Positions 49,559-60,575 of a stretch of 64,000 bases of DNA are shown here, piece after piece. Position numbers and translations under genes: made by a program. The notes beneath the pieces are model-generated. The model was not told where the DNA came from. It saw only the letters and a program-made list of their open reading frames with translations, and did no database searches. Every line of letters begins with the position of its first letter. Position 1 is the stretch's first letter. This DNA comes from Antedon mediterranea (Eukaryota > Animalia > Echinodermata): positions 26,058,871 through 26,122,870 of the forward strand of contig NC_092676.1 of assembly GCF_964355755.1 (NCBI RefSeq). The letters are read 5' to 3'.

Positions 49559-52500
49559 ACTTTTTATTAGTTATCCGCACTCAGCGGATAACTCCTTGTA
49601 ACTGTCCTGTTTCATCATCTTTTTTTTTTTTCTGTATTATTAGTTATCCGCTTAGTAGCGGATAACTCCTTGTAATCGTCCTGTTTCATCATCTTTTTTT
49701 TTTTTTTTTTTTTCTGTATTATACTTCTTTCCTTCTGTCATTTTTGTGCGTCGCGTTTCTCTAAAACGTGTAAACAGAACATATCGTAACTTTGTCAACA
49801 TATCGACATTTACGTGAACTTGTGCACCTCCTATTTTTGAATGACGTCAGAGTTGCGCAACGTGACTTACGCGCGATTTTATGAATTTCAATGATTGATC
49901 ATAGACTAAAAACGAAACATAATTTTGTTTTGACACTTTGTGAAAATTTAAGTCACATCAAGCGCAAACTTCCTATGGATTAAAAATAGCATGTTTCACA
50001 AAAAGTTACGCGCGCACGCGCGTTTAAAATTTTAGAGTGCGAAAAATCAACTTCTAATCAACTTTCTATGCGTTTCATGTCATTTTGAGCATGTCAAAAA
50101 TTCCCACGCGCGCGAAACTTTTTACGCACGCGGTGCACACTTAGAGTTAAAAACATATTTTTTTCGCGTGATTCATGTTTTTTCAGCCTTTTATAGTAAT
50201 GTTACCAACCTTTAAACAATTTCGACTTAAAATTACGTCATACGAGCACGTCGAATTAAATAATTTGCACGCGTTTCTGGTGAAAAAGTTCAAAAATTCG
50301 TCAAAATTATGCCTATTTTTAAACAGTCATAGATTCTAAACTACATGGAGAACTTTTTTTTAATTACATATTCTGGAAGTTGATGAGTTGTAGATATCGA
50401 ATCATGCATTAATATGGCTAACCGGACATTGTGACGTCATCGTATGGCCACGTGAATATAAAATATAGGATTTTTGTCTCTTTCGTCATAGCTCATAACA
50501 TTTAATAGAGCGCATCTCCACTTATTCGTAGTCGATTTTCACCCCGATTTTAATATATTCTAGGTCAATCAACTATCTTTTGCATGAATTAAACATTTTT
50601 TAATTTTTTTATCGTCATCATGCCTAAAAATTTAAATTACGTTGGTCATTAATTTCATCTTTACAGTAAATTTTAATCTGTTATAGCTCGTAAGAATAAA
50701 ATGTGATAATCAGGATAAAAACGTTTTCAGGAAGCTATTGTATTGTAGATACAAAATCATGTGAAAATTGTGCCAATCGAATGTTGTGACGTCATCATAT
50801 GGCCAGTTAAATACAAAAAGTCGTATTTTCATCTTTTGCGTTATATTTCATTACATTTAAAAGAGCGCGCATCAATATTTCACGTATTCAAATTTCTTCT
50901 ACACGTTAATATGTTGTTGCTGAGAGAATTTCATTCTGAAATTTCTACTTTTGCATTTCATTTTGAAACCGTCAAGATGTTAAAAATTACAATAAAATAC
51001 GGGTCCCGTAATTTCACCTATTTTACACTGTTTGTGATATGTATACAGATTGTACTGTGTATACTATATGACACAAAATAACAGAATTCAGAAATAACAA
51101 CATATCATATTCTTCAGTTCAGGTCATAATGCCTTAATATTTCTCTGTGTGCAATATTCTAACGTATGACGTGCACGTGGCGTTTGTCGAGCGGATAACT
51201 AACTCGTCAAAGTGACGAGTTTCATGTCTAGTTCTTTCTTTCTGTCATTTTTGTGCAGAGCATATCTCAAAAACGTGTAAAGTTAACATTTCATAACTTT
51301 GTCAACATATGGGTATTCACCTGAAGTTGTGCTTTTCTATTTTTGAATGACGTCAGAATTGCACAACATGACTTACGCGCGTTTTAACGAATTTCGCGTA
51401 TTTAACATACATCGAAAACCATATAACAATTTAAATTGAAACTTAACAAAAGTTTTAGTTATATCTTGCGGTAACTGACTTTGTAAAAAAAATGGCATGT
51501 TTTACACAAAGTTACGCGCGCACGCGCGTTTAAAATTTCAAAACGCGAAAATTCAATTTCTAATCAACTTTCTACGCGTTTCATGTCATTTTGACCAGGT
51601 AAAAAATTCCCACGCGTGCGCATTTTTTTACGCGCGCCGTGCGCACGTAGCGTTGAAAACAAATTTTTTCACGTGATTTATGTTTTTCCAGCCTTTTGTA
51701 GTAATTTTACCAACTTTTAAACGATTTAGACTTAAAATTACGTCATACGGGCACGTCGAATTGGATAATTTACGTGGGTTTTTGATGAAAAAGGTAAAAA
51801 ATTCGTTAAAATTTGTCAAAATTATGCCTTTTTTTAAACAGTCGTAATTTCTAAACTGGACGGTCAACTTTTTGTGGATGACATATTCTTGAAGTTGATG
51901 AGGTGTAGATATCGGATCATGTAATAATATGGCTAACCGGACATTGTGACGTCATCGTATGGCCACGCGAATATAAAATATAGGATTTTTGTATCTTTCA
52001 TCATAGCGCATGACATTTAATAGAGCGCATCTCCAATTATCTGTTTTCCATTTTTACCCCGATTTTTATATTATCTAGGTCAATCAACTATCTTTCGTAT
52101 GAGTTAAAAATATTTTAATTTTTATGACGTCATCATGTCTAAAAATGTAAATAACGTGGGTCACTTATTTTCGTCTTTACAGTAAATTTCAATCTGTTAT
52201 AGCTCGTCAGAATAAAACGTGATAATCATTATTAAAACGTTTTCTGGAAGCTATTGGATTGTAGATACGAATTTATGTAAACATTTTGCCAATCGGATGT
52301 TGTGACGTCATCATATGACCAGTTAAATAAAAAAAGTCGTATTTTCATCTTTTGCGTCATAATTCATCACATTTAAAAGAGCGCGCATCAATATTTTACG
52401 TATTTAAATTTCTTCTACACATTAATATTTTGTTGCCGAGATAATTTCCTTCCGAAATTGCTATCTTAGTATTTCATTTTGATACCGTCGCTATGTTAAA

Positions 52501-54651
52501 AATTGGATTAAATGGCGTGTCCAGTCATTTCACCTATTCTACACAGTATGTAATATGTATACAGATTATATTGTATATATAATATGACACAAAATAACAG
52601 AATTCAGCAATAACAACATATCATATTCTTCAGATCAGGTCATATTGCCACAATCTTTTTCTGTGTGCAATATTCTAACGTATGACGTCTACGTGACCTT
52701 TGTCGTGCGGATAACTAACTCGTCAAAGTGACGAGTTACATGTCTAGTTCTTCTTCTTTCTTTCTGTATGATTTTTGTGTAACGCTTTTCTCTAAAACTC
52801 GCAAACATAACATTTCGGTAACTATGTTAACATTTTGACATTTATGTAACGTCGTCAAGCGAAGCTTTTCATGATGTTTACAATTGCGCAACGTGACGTA
52901 CGCGCGATTTAACGATTTTCTCGTATCTAACATATGTCGAAAACCAAATAACATTTTAAAGTGAAACTTTGCAAAAGTTTAATTTATATCATGCGCTAAC
53001 TTTCTGTTGAAAAAAAATTGCGTGTTTTACACAAAGTTACGCGCGCACGCGTATTTAAAATTTCAAAATGCGCAAAATTAATTAATAATCAACTTTCTAC
53101 GCGTTTTATGTCGTTTTAAGCATGTCAAAAATTCCCACGCGTGCGCACATTTTTACGTGTGCGGTGCGCACGTAGCATTGAAAACGTATTTTTTTCGCGT
53201 GATTTATGTTTTTCCAGCCTTTTCTAGCAATTTTACCAAATTTTAAACAATTTCGACTTAAAGATACGTCATACGAGCACGTCGAATTGGACAATTTGCG
53301 CGCGTTTTTTATGAAAAGGTTAAAAAATTCGTTTAAAATATGCCTTTTTTTAAACAGTCGTAATTTCTAAACTAGACGGTCAACTTTTTGTGGATGACAT
53401 ATTCTGGAAGTAGATGAGTTGTAGATATCGGATCAGCTATTAATATGGCTAACCGGACATTGTGACGTCATCGTATGGCCACGCGAATATAAAATTTAGG
53501 ATTTTTGTATCTTTCGTCATAACTCATCACATTGAATAGAGCGCATCTCCACCTATTCGTTTTCCATTTTCACCCTGATTTTGATATTGTCTAGGTCAAT
53601 CAACTATCTTTCGCATGAGTTAAAAATATTTTAATTTTTTTGACGTCATCATGCCTAAAAATTTAAATCACGTGTGGCATCAATTTCATCTTTACAGTAA
53701 ATTTTAATCTGTTATAGCTCGTAAGAATAAAATGTGATAATCACGATTAAAACTTTTTCTGGAAGCTATTGGATTGTAGATACGAAATTATGTAAAAATG
53801 TTGCCAATCGGATGTTGTGACGTCATCATATGGCCAGTTAAATGAAAAAGGTCGTATTTTCATCTTTTGCGTCATAATTCATTACATTTAAAAGAGCGCG
53901 CATCAATATTTCACGTATTCAAATTTCTTCTACACGCTAATACGTTGTTGCTGAGATAATTTCCTTTCGGAATTGCTACCTTCGCGTTTTATTTTAAAAC
54001 CGTCAACATGTTAAAAATTGCAATAAATAGCAGGTCCCGTAATTTCACCTATTCTACACTGTATGTCACTGTATGTGATATGGATACAGAATATACTGTG
54101 TATACTATATATGAATTTAAATAATAAAATTCAGCAATAACAACATATCATATTCTTCAGTTCAGATCATAATGCCAACGTGAACACTTCCTTTTGTCCT
54201 CAACCTATCCCCTTAATGTTAATGTTGCACCACTTGCGCGGCGGATAACCAAACTCGTCAAAGTGACGAGTTACATGTCTAGTATTTATTAAGGTTTGTT
54301 GGTCAAATAAAAAGCAATGATGATGGAAATTTAGATTGGTGGTTATTAAACATACTTTAGAAGTCATGATCCCTGGTTCAAATCCTGGTATGGGTCATGT
54401 TATAAATGCTGATACTTGATACCAAGAACTTTTCTTTTTAGACATTTTAGGGTATGTTACCTGAATCAACATCTGGCCCTCCTCATTGGACACTAAATCT
54501 ATCCAGTCTTTTTCTTTATCATTTTGTTTGCATTCAATGTCAAACTGGTTAGGCTGCGTTTGTCCAGCAACTGGAAGTGATGCGGGAGCTGTCTCAATTG
54601 ATTGACGCGAGATGTCAGCCAATGATGGCAGCATACTCTTGTTTGGAATAG
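30742..54651 (-). CDS. AHR: Aryl hydrocarbon receptor-like bHLH-PAS transcription factor (5' partial; PAS-A, PAS-B/PAC and a long C-terminal domain)
   Basis: Exons: 54461-54651 (..EEGQMLIQ), 48267-48356 ([30 protein letters not shown]), 42303-42450 ([17 protein letters not shown]), 40558-40631 ([18 protein letters not shown]), 39892-40103 ([37 protein letters not shown]), 38201-38307 ([19 protein letters not shown]), 37146-37287 ([26 protein letters not shown]), 36647-36759 ([11 protein letters not shown]), 35739-36136, 31497-33869, 31206-31292, 30934-31005, 30742-30813 (TGA). All junctions are GT-AG and phase-compatible. These motifs are AHR-specific. No bHLH exon was found in the window. 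The last three short exons are less certain. Confidence 0.9.
31963..32414 (-). repeat. Coding tandem repeat in the AHR-like large exon: 9 units of 16-17 aa ([17 protein letters not shown])
   Basis: 48/51-nt units visible in both the DNA and the 795-aa ORF translation. Confidence 0.9.
34024..35629. mobile_element. Non-autonomous DNA transposon (hAT-like), 1.6 kb, in an AHR intron
   Basis: TIRs CAGGGCATCA / TGATGCCCTG, subterminal GGAGAGC repeats at both ends, direct repeat CAGCTC on both flanks, no transposase ORF. Confidence 0.75.
36827..36974. mobile_element. MITE family A copy
   Basis: Both TIRs (slightly decayed) and internal subrepeats. Confidence 0.8.
37530..37667. mobile_element. MITE family A degenerate copy
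   Basis: GTGCCCATATACGGACATGATGATGTCATATCACTACCATATTTGGG...TGTAGACAGAGC. Confidence 0.7.
38670..38827 (+). mobile_element. Deu/Nin-core SINE 3' part, tail type 3, poly-A end
   Basis: GGGGTTACCCCGGTG core end, a tail matching 6172-6260 in reverse, then a long A tract. Confidence 0.65.
39345..39612. repeat. Local tandem duplication (about 150-bp period, 2 copies)
   Basis: ATATAGGGCCAATCAGGAAGTATTT..AACAAAATTA.CATTTCA occurs at about 39350 and 39500. Confidence 0.75.
40914..41228. repeat. Local tandem duplication (about 182-bp period, 2 copies)
   Basis: TCTATAGCA.AAATGTAAATATA.TGTAAAAACATCTG...TAGGCCTACATTAGAAACATATT is repeated. Confidence 0.8.
42126..42268. mobile_element. MITE family A copy (right TIR lost)
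   Basis: AGCTGTATCTACACTATCAAACTAGTTTG plus subrepeats. Confidence 0.75.
42800..43576. mobile_element. Non-autonomous PIF/Harbinger-like element (about 777 bp)
   Basis: TIRs GGTCGTGTTTATACAACAC / GTGTTGTATAAACGCGCCC flanked by TAA / TTA; CpG-rich interior. Confidence 0.7.
45063..45092. repeat. Perfect 14-bp-arm palindrome, probably a transposon terminus
   Basis: CTAGATGGTACGCG-AG-CGCGTACCATCTAG. Confidence 0.8.
46100..46262. repeat. Dispersed repeat, related copy at 61325-61470
   Basis: Shared GCTACCTATAAATTATAGT.GAGTTTCCA...GGCTAGAGC.GC.GCG.GAAAAG. Confidence 0.6.
49564..52748 (+). mobile_element. Helentron-associated/DINE-1-like element B (middle nested copy)
   Basis: 5' subTIR AGTTATCCGC (49569-49578). 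Body 51233-52748. 3' subTIR GCGGATAACT (52707-52716), hairpin, CTAGT. Confidence 0.8.
49637..51232 (+). mobile_element. Helentron-associated/DINE-1-like element C (innermost, uninterrupted, about 1.6 kb)
   Basis: 5' subTIR AGTTATCCGC (49642-49651), simple-repeat tract, body, 3' subTIR GCGGATAACT (51191-51200), hairpin 51201-51221, CTAGT end. Confidence 0.85.
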
Positions 54652-54862
54652 CTGTTGAGAAATTTAAAATAAATAAATATTGTTTTAATTACAAGAAAAA
54701 AACAACAAATCTTTTGTGATATGTTTTTATAGTGCATGAGCCTGAATATAGACTTGTACTGGTTCTTATACAGAAAAAAAAATCTAATAAAACATATTGA
54801 AATTATAAAATCTAAAGAATGACTACTAGCAAAAATGCAATTATACAGTGTAGTGTATGATG

Positions 54863-54961
54863 CAGTGGCATAACCCAGAACCCCAGAGCATTAAGGGCCC
54901 CTGAGCATAAGCAACCTCAATGCAACTACCCAGTGTTGACGGGCACCTGAGTGCGCCACTG
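54863..54961. mobile_element. Short hAT-type MITE related to family B
   Basis: Ends CAGTGGC / GCCACTG, internal GGGCCC motifs, imperfect 8-bp flanks GTATGATG / GTATTGTG. Confidence 0.5.
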
Positions 54962-57409
54962 GTATTGTGGCATCATCATTTAAAGTATCCAGCCAGGCTT
55001 CATTACAAAATGATGAATTAAAAATGTATTTATATCTTTAATTAAACTTGTTTGTTCCTATGTGCTGCAATAGCTTTTGTCAAAGGTATTCTGAAATTTG
55101 TTCATATGACAGTAAACAGTCACCTACATACTAAAAACCATATCAATAATATTAAAATATACCCTCCAGGATAATGGTCGTCTAGTCTACAATAACAATC
55201 AACAAATTATATCATTGTTAATTAAACACCAACACTAATTTATAAGCGTGCAATATTTTAATAATTTATTTATAAGTTTGTTAACCCAGGTGCCTATATT
55301 GCTCATCCAGGGTTGTTTCATTTCTCAAGGCCATTTTTGATTATGTGTTTCACACTCTTAAATGCTGCTGGGTTCTGGTGTATCAGCTGAGGATTGAAAA
55401 GCACGCAGAGAACAGATCTGTTTACAGTAGGCTATTACTAGATTATTTTCACCAATTTGAAAGGTGAACTTGGCAACCATCAATGTTTTAATATTAGCGT
55501 TATGTGGTAGATTCTTGTTGGGGATTTTTTTTTTTGTAAAAAAAATGAGGTGTGGTTTTCTAGTAGGCCTATGTATTGCAAAACTTTTTATTTCAGCTGG
55601 ATCCTGGTCTCGCATGTATGATATATAATAGGCCTTAAGAATATTTGGTTTTGGTATCATTACCATATATCTCATGGAATCATATTCATTAATGGGAAAA
55701 ATCGGCATTCGAATGTAAATATACACACAATCAACACAATTTAAAATGAAGTTTCTTCCAAATAGCTACATTCATTTTAAATCAAATTAACCTGTTATAA
55801 ATCGAATACAGTTAAACTATTACCTATTACTATTGGATGAGCTGTACATATGGTAGTCAGTTCAGTAGTCTTATTGTGTTATATTTAGGTCAAGTATCTC
55901 ATACATTGTTTATAGTAGTAATGAACAAAAATCATTGACATTATTTCTTGAATACCACGAAACAATCAGCATAATCAATGATCTAAAGACAATAGTGTCT
56001 TGCCATTGTTTTCTGATATTTGCCATAAATCCAGACAATACAGTATAAATCACAAATTGTAAAGTGTAAAATCCGACAGAAAAATATCTAACAATATGGA
56101 AACCACAACAAAGACAAGACCTTGTATTCGGCAGTGAACGTCAAACTAGAAATAAAACAATTTTTCATGTCATTAAAGGCCAGATTCTATTATATTATAT
56201 TTCGTTTTGACAGATTAATAAAAAAACATTGTTGATATGACATGCATAAAATACAGATTTCCTTGCAAAACTGATTCTCTAACAGTTTTATTATTGTTAG
56301 TAGCAACCTGGCTTTAATGGTTAGAAACAGGCCTTGAACAACTTTAATGTGTTTTTGTGCTATCCAATCACATGTGTCTTCATGTTTTTGTATTGATCAT
56401 CTTGGGGAAATGGTACAAAAAAGGAGAGTGGTGATGAAACAAAGAAATAACGCAGCAAAGTTATTTATAGAATGAAGTAACGTCAAGAAGGAAACCAAAC
56501 TAAAAAGAAACCTGACAAGCTTTCCCTTTCAGATACCACAATTGAAAACCTTCGAAAACCTCTTGAGAAATCTGCCGAAGAAGATGGCTACATGCCAACA
56601 ATCTGGGCAATCAAAGTGCACAGTAATGATAAAAGAAAGAGGAGATATGCAAGTGTTTTTCCAGGCCTATCCACAAAATGCCCTCTGTGTTACTAACTGG
56701 GCCAAAGCTGTCATTTGTCAGCAATTTATTTGCGAGGCAGAGTAACAGGCTGGCGCCTCCCGCTAGCCCTACTGTCTGCCATTCACTGTACATTTAACAG
56801 GAACATATCCTGTTCCTATCTAATTTCCAGAAAGTACTGGTGACAAGAATGGTGTAATGTTTAACATTGAACAGCAGGGGCATGTATACATAAACATGGC
56901 CGATGCGTTTCACTTAGGGCAAAAGGTGTCTTTTTTCCCTACTCTCGATTTAAAAATATTTCACCACTTGCTTTTCTTTGTTGTTTGGGTAAAAATTTGA
57001 ATAAATGTGTTGTTATTCTAGGATATATTTAAATTATAATATTATAAAGACTAAATATCCAGTGGTCAAATAGTAGTATACTGTACACATCAAGATTTAG
57101 AACAGTGTGTGTTTTAATACGGAAACTTCGCTCTCTGAATTCTCTCATCTATCATTTTAAACATTGTGTAATTTCCATTGCTGGACATTTTTATAGTTCA
57201 TCACTTTCTGTTAAAACAAATCTCAAAATATAAATGTTTAATGTTGATAGACAGAAAAAAAAACCCACAGACACATGATAAGGAACAGGTCAAATAAATC
57301 ACCATGTGACAGGAACAATATAAGAATATGAATTTGATATAACTGACAGATTTTGACCACATGAAATTGGGGCCTGTTGACACTAATACAAATGGTACGA
57401 TCATAGGTC

Positions 57410-57550
57410 TAAGGGCCCTGGGTGAGAACCCTCAGTGGCCCTCAAATGCTGAAGACCTTCAACGTTTTTGGCCTTTTTTGACATATTTTAATGCCTGTTC
57501 TGTAAACTCCGGGGCCCCTGGGTTTAGCCAGTGAGTGCTCATAACCACTG
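57410..57550. mobile_element. MITE family B partial copy
   Basis: Shares GACATATTTTAATGCCT and GCCCCTGGGTTTAGCCAGTGAG with 26315-26507, and ends in CCACTG. Confidence 0.7.
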
Positions 57551-57789
57551 GGTACGATACGCGACTGGGTACGATACGCGACTGGGTACGATACGCGACT
57601 GGGTACGATACGCGACTGGGTACGATACGCGCGACTGGGTACGATACGCGCGACTGGGTACGATACGCGCGACTGGGTACGATACGCGCGACTGGGTACG
57701 ATACGCGACTGGGTACGATACGCGACTGGGTACGATACGCGACTGGGTACGATACGCGACTGGGTACGATACGCGACTGAGTACGATAC
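57547..57789. repeat. CpG-rich minisatellite, 17-bp unit ACTGGGTACGATACGCG (some 19-bp units with an extra CG), about 14 copies
   Basis: Direct tandem array. Confidence 0.95.
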
Positions 57790-58721
57790 TCAACTTTAAA
57801 AACATTTAGGTTCTCAAAGATGGCATAACAAAAAAAAATCTATTTTACTCTTCTTTTTCTGCGTGGGTAATATATGTATTCATCGATTGTTTATTGTGAA
57901 ATCATTGCTTTTAAGGTTCTGTTCACACTCGCCACGGTTAGCTATTATCGCAATATTCATGCAATATTCAGCTGCCCATTCAGAAGACCATTCACGATTT
58001 AGATGACCTGTAATTCTTGACTCTGAAAGAAATTACAGAAGTTTGGATATATATAAATCGCTAACATTCCTTATCTTGATAACCCTGTTGAAATGTTGGC
58101 ATTAAAATGTCTATCCTTATTGGTCTAGCAGGATAGACAAGGATTGCACTGACCAGATCATTGAGCATTCACAACAGCGATCGGTTAAGCCCAATTTAGA
58201 CAGACGAGTGGTAACGGTAAGCGTAACTTGTCCCATGCAGAATCTGTATCTTTCCCGAGAGGAAACCGTCCGTCCGCGTTGTATGTAAATGGTCATAAGG
58301 AATAACATAGATTCTATATTTTTATTACTATTACCATTCACTGTGTGAATTGACTTTTATTCTATGGATGGATGGATGTCCAGTTGTGAAAACCAGAAAC
58401 TCACAGTATTATGATTTATCATGAGGGAAATTACAAACATGATACTACTACAAACTACTTAAAGATTTTAATCTAAAACTTTAGTAAATATTAATTTTTA
58501 ATTAATCAAACAAAAAATTGTTAACGCATGATTAAATAAATCAATTATTAATTCTTTTTGCAGCAGAAACAGAGATTGTTTACAGTAATGCCACTCAAAA
58601 TTAAATTCTGGGAATGTAGTCGGAATACTAATACTATTAATGTTTCTGATATATTTACTTTTTATTTACTTCAAATCCTGACAAACATTATAACCTTTAT
58701 AACCATTATAGATCGTTAAAA

Positions 58722-58800
58722 TAGTGGAGCTGTAGCTTGGTGGTTAACGTGCTTGCCTTCCCATCCCAAGGTTCAATCCTGACCTAGTGCCAGGGTTGTA
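58722..58800 (+). mobile_element. Degenerate tRNA-derived SINE head
   Basis: TAGCTTGGTGGTTAACG...GGTTCAATCC boxes, with deletions. Confidence 0.4.
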
Positions 58801-59594
58801 GCTCACGACTGTTTCAACTCCACTCCCTACGCCTAAAATCAAAAGCATGATAAATTATAAAATAGTTTATTCCATCCTGTAACTGACGAGTTTGCGCTCA
58901 CTGTTGGATGCAAAAAATGTTTAAAAAGTCTTCACTTCTATATACAGTATATTGTTGTTGGTATTACAATGAAAATCTGTAACTTTTCATATAATCTTCA
59001 AATGGTGGGAGTTAACCTTACTTTTCCTATGCGGACAATAGAGCTATTGTTGTATGAATATGACTGAGGAACGTTCAATGTTTAAATTTAATCCCTTGTA
59101 CTATGGCTGAACTGAAAATGATACCAATGAATTGTTGTTGGAAAACCAGACATTTTGGAAGGGTGTCTGGTTTAGAATAGCCACTTTGTCAGATAGAAGT
59201 AAATACATTCCCATAAACTTGTGCTTGCATGAGATAACTTAGGCATCGCGATTTGGAGAGAGAGACTGATAAACAAGAAATATTTCTTACAAAAAACGCC
59301 GCGTAACTTTTTGACTGGACAGTTGTAAGGACAGTCTTCATTAATCTAATATAATAGGTCGGCCAATCAAAACGCAAGAGAACAATTGGGACTTTACTTG
59401 TGATTTATGTCATTGGCCTGTCGCACAGTCGTTTCTTAAACGCACACACTTGTATTGGGAATAATGTACGTTTATGTGGTTATTACTATCGCATTTAGGT
59501 ATTGATAATAATAATAATAAATGGCTGTTCAGCCGTACCACGCCGAGAATGTTAAAGAGACGTTATCCAATCGAGTTCGAACAATACCATGAAA

Positions 59595-59666
59595 GCCCCA
59601 GTGGTCTAATGGTTAGGACATCTGCATATCAAGCAGGCGGTCCGAGTTCGAGTCTCGGTTGGGGCG
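59595..59666 (+). tRNA. tRNA-like cloverleaf with ATC in the anticodon position; probably a SINE head or pseudo-tRNA
   Basis: 72 nt: acceptor stem GCCCCAG/TTGGGGC, D-loop AATGGTTA, anticodon stem TCTGC/GCAGG with loop ATATCAA, T-arm CCGAG-TTCGAGT-CTCGG, followed by TTTTT. A at position 32 is atypical. Confidence 0.5.
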
Positions 59667-59778
59667 ATTTTTTCTCATTCTCACAGATTTCCTCATCTTT
59701 ATCGTTTCAAATTAATTAATTAAAATTTCAGTATATCACCGGGCGGTTTAGAATTACTGTTCTTTGCCTCTTGTGTTT

Positions 59779-59985
59779 ATATATATATATATATATTCAC
59801 TGATGAAGGGCTAGTGTTGCCCGAAAGCTCTGCTAACTTTTCTGGCTGTTTACTTTATCGTTTTGATTTAGCTTTTCGCTTTTTATTTTTGTATCTCCAT
59901 TGAGATCCAGCCACTGATACCCACAGCATTGTCATTTTTTTCAGTAATTTGCCTTTGGATTTATATATATATATATATATATAAA
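59779..59985 (+). mobile_element. Penelope-like terminal repeat embedded in (TA)n
   Basis: About 165-bp unit bounded by TA microsatellites, homologous to 6447-6612 and 1-42; begins with a hammerhead core. Confidence 0.7.
59798..59833 (+). ncRNA. Minimal type I hammerhead ribozyme motif
   Basis: CA-CTGATGA-A-GGGC-TAGTGTT-GCCC-GAAA-GC-TC-TG. It has the conserved CUGANGA and GAAA boxes, a 4-bp stem II, the short self-complementary AGCT in place of stem III, and a UH cleavage site predicted after C59830. Confidence 0.7.
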
Positions 59986-60222
59986 TATAATATTAAGTAT
60001 AATTATGAATTCACCAACACTTTCAGGCCCACTAACAATGATCCCGGGCCCGAGTTTTTGTAGACCGGACTTCCATGCACAGCCACATGTTAAGGAATAT
60101 GAATCTCTTTATGATTTTAATATGGTTCGAAATGATATTACACAACAACGATTAGACAGCAACTGTGCAAGAGTCCAACTAATAAAATCGGAATGATCAA
60201 TTAATTGAACATTTACAGCATA

Positions 60223-60575
60223 AGGCCCATACACTAGGACGATAACGATTGACGATAAATAGACAAATGTGCATTTTTAATACATAAACCAAAAGAAATA
60301 TAAACAATTCCTTTGATGAAAATTATATTTTCACACGTCCAATCAAATGACGTCATGATTAGTAAGACCAATAATATCGTGACAATACAGCGATTTTATT
60401 GTTTTTATTTATCATGACGTCATTTGATTGGAATTTGAAAAACATTATTTTTATCAAAGACAGCATAAATGATTATCCTATAGGTCTAGAACGAAAACTT
60501 TTCTAATTTCTTTTGGTTTATGTAAAAAAAATGCATGCTATCGTCCGTCGTTATCGTCATAGTGTAATTGGGCCT
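60223..60575. mobile_element. Palindromic (foldback) PIF/Harbinger-like MITE, about 350 bp
   Basis: TIRs AGGCCCA.TACACTA.GACGATAACGA / TCGTTATCGTCATAGTGTAATTGGGCCT. Inner inverted arms CCAATCAAATGACGTCATGAT / ATCATGACGTCATTTGATTGG and TACATAAACCAAAAGAAAT / ATTTCTTTTGGTTTATGTA. Confidence 0.8.

Larger units (their letters stand above)
49476..54283 (+). mobile_element. Helentron-associated/DINE-1-like non-autonomous element A (outermost of three nested copies)
   Basis: 5' subTIR GGTTATCCGC (49481-49490) with a short inverted repeat and (CAT)n. The body resumes at about 52749. 3' subTIR GCGGATAACC (54241-54250), hairpin AACTCGTC-AAAGT-GACGAGTT, end CTAGT. Confidence 0.8.

Noticed and set aside
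49725-54283. Simple 3 x 1.5-kb tandem duplication or satellite
   Set aside because: The three 5' heads are stacked before the bodies and the subTIR variants pair in nested order, which fits serial insertion better.
56542-56745. Possible LINE reverse-transcriptase remnant (DGYMPTIW...KERGD)
   Set aside because: The resemblance is weak and needs frameshifts; it cannot be supported without a profile search.
57531-57809. ORFs of 81-92 aa on both strands (WVRYATGYDTR repeats)
   Set aside because: They are artefacts of a stop-free 17-bp minisatellite.
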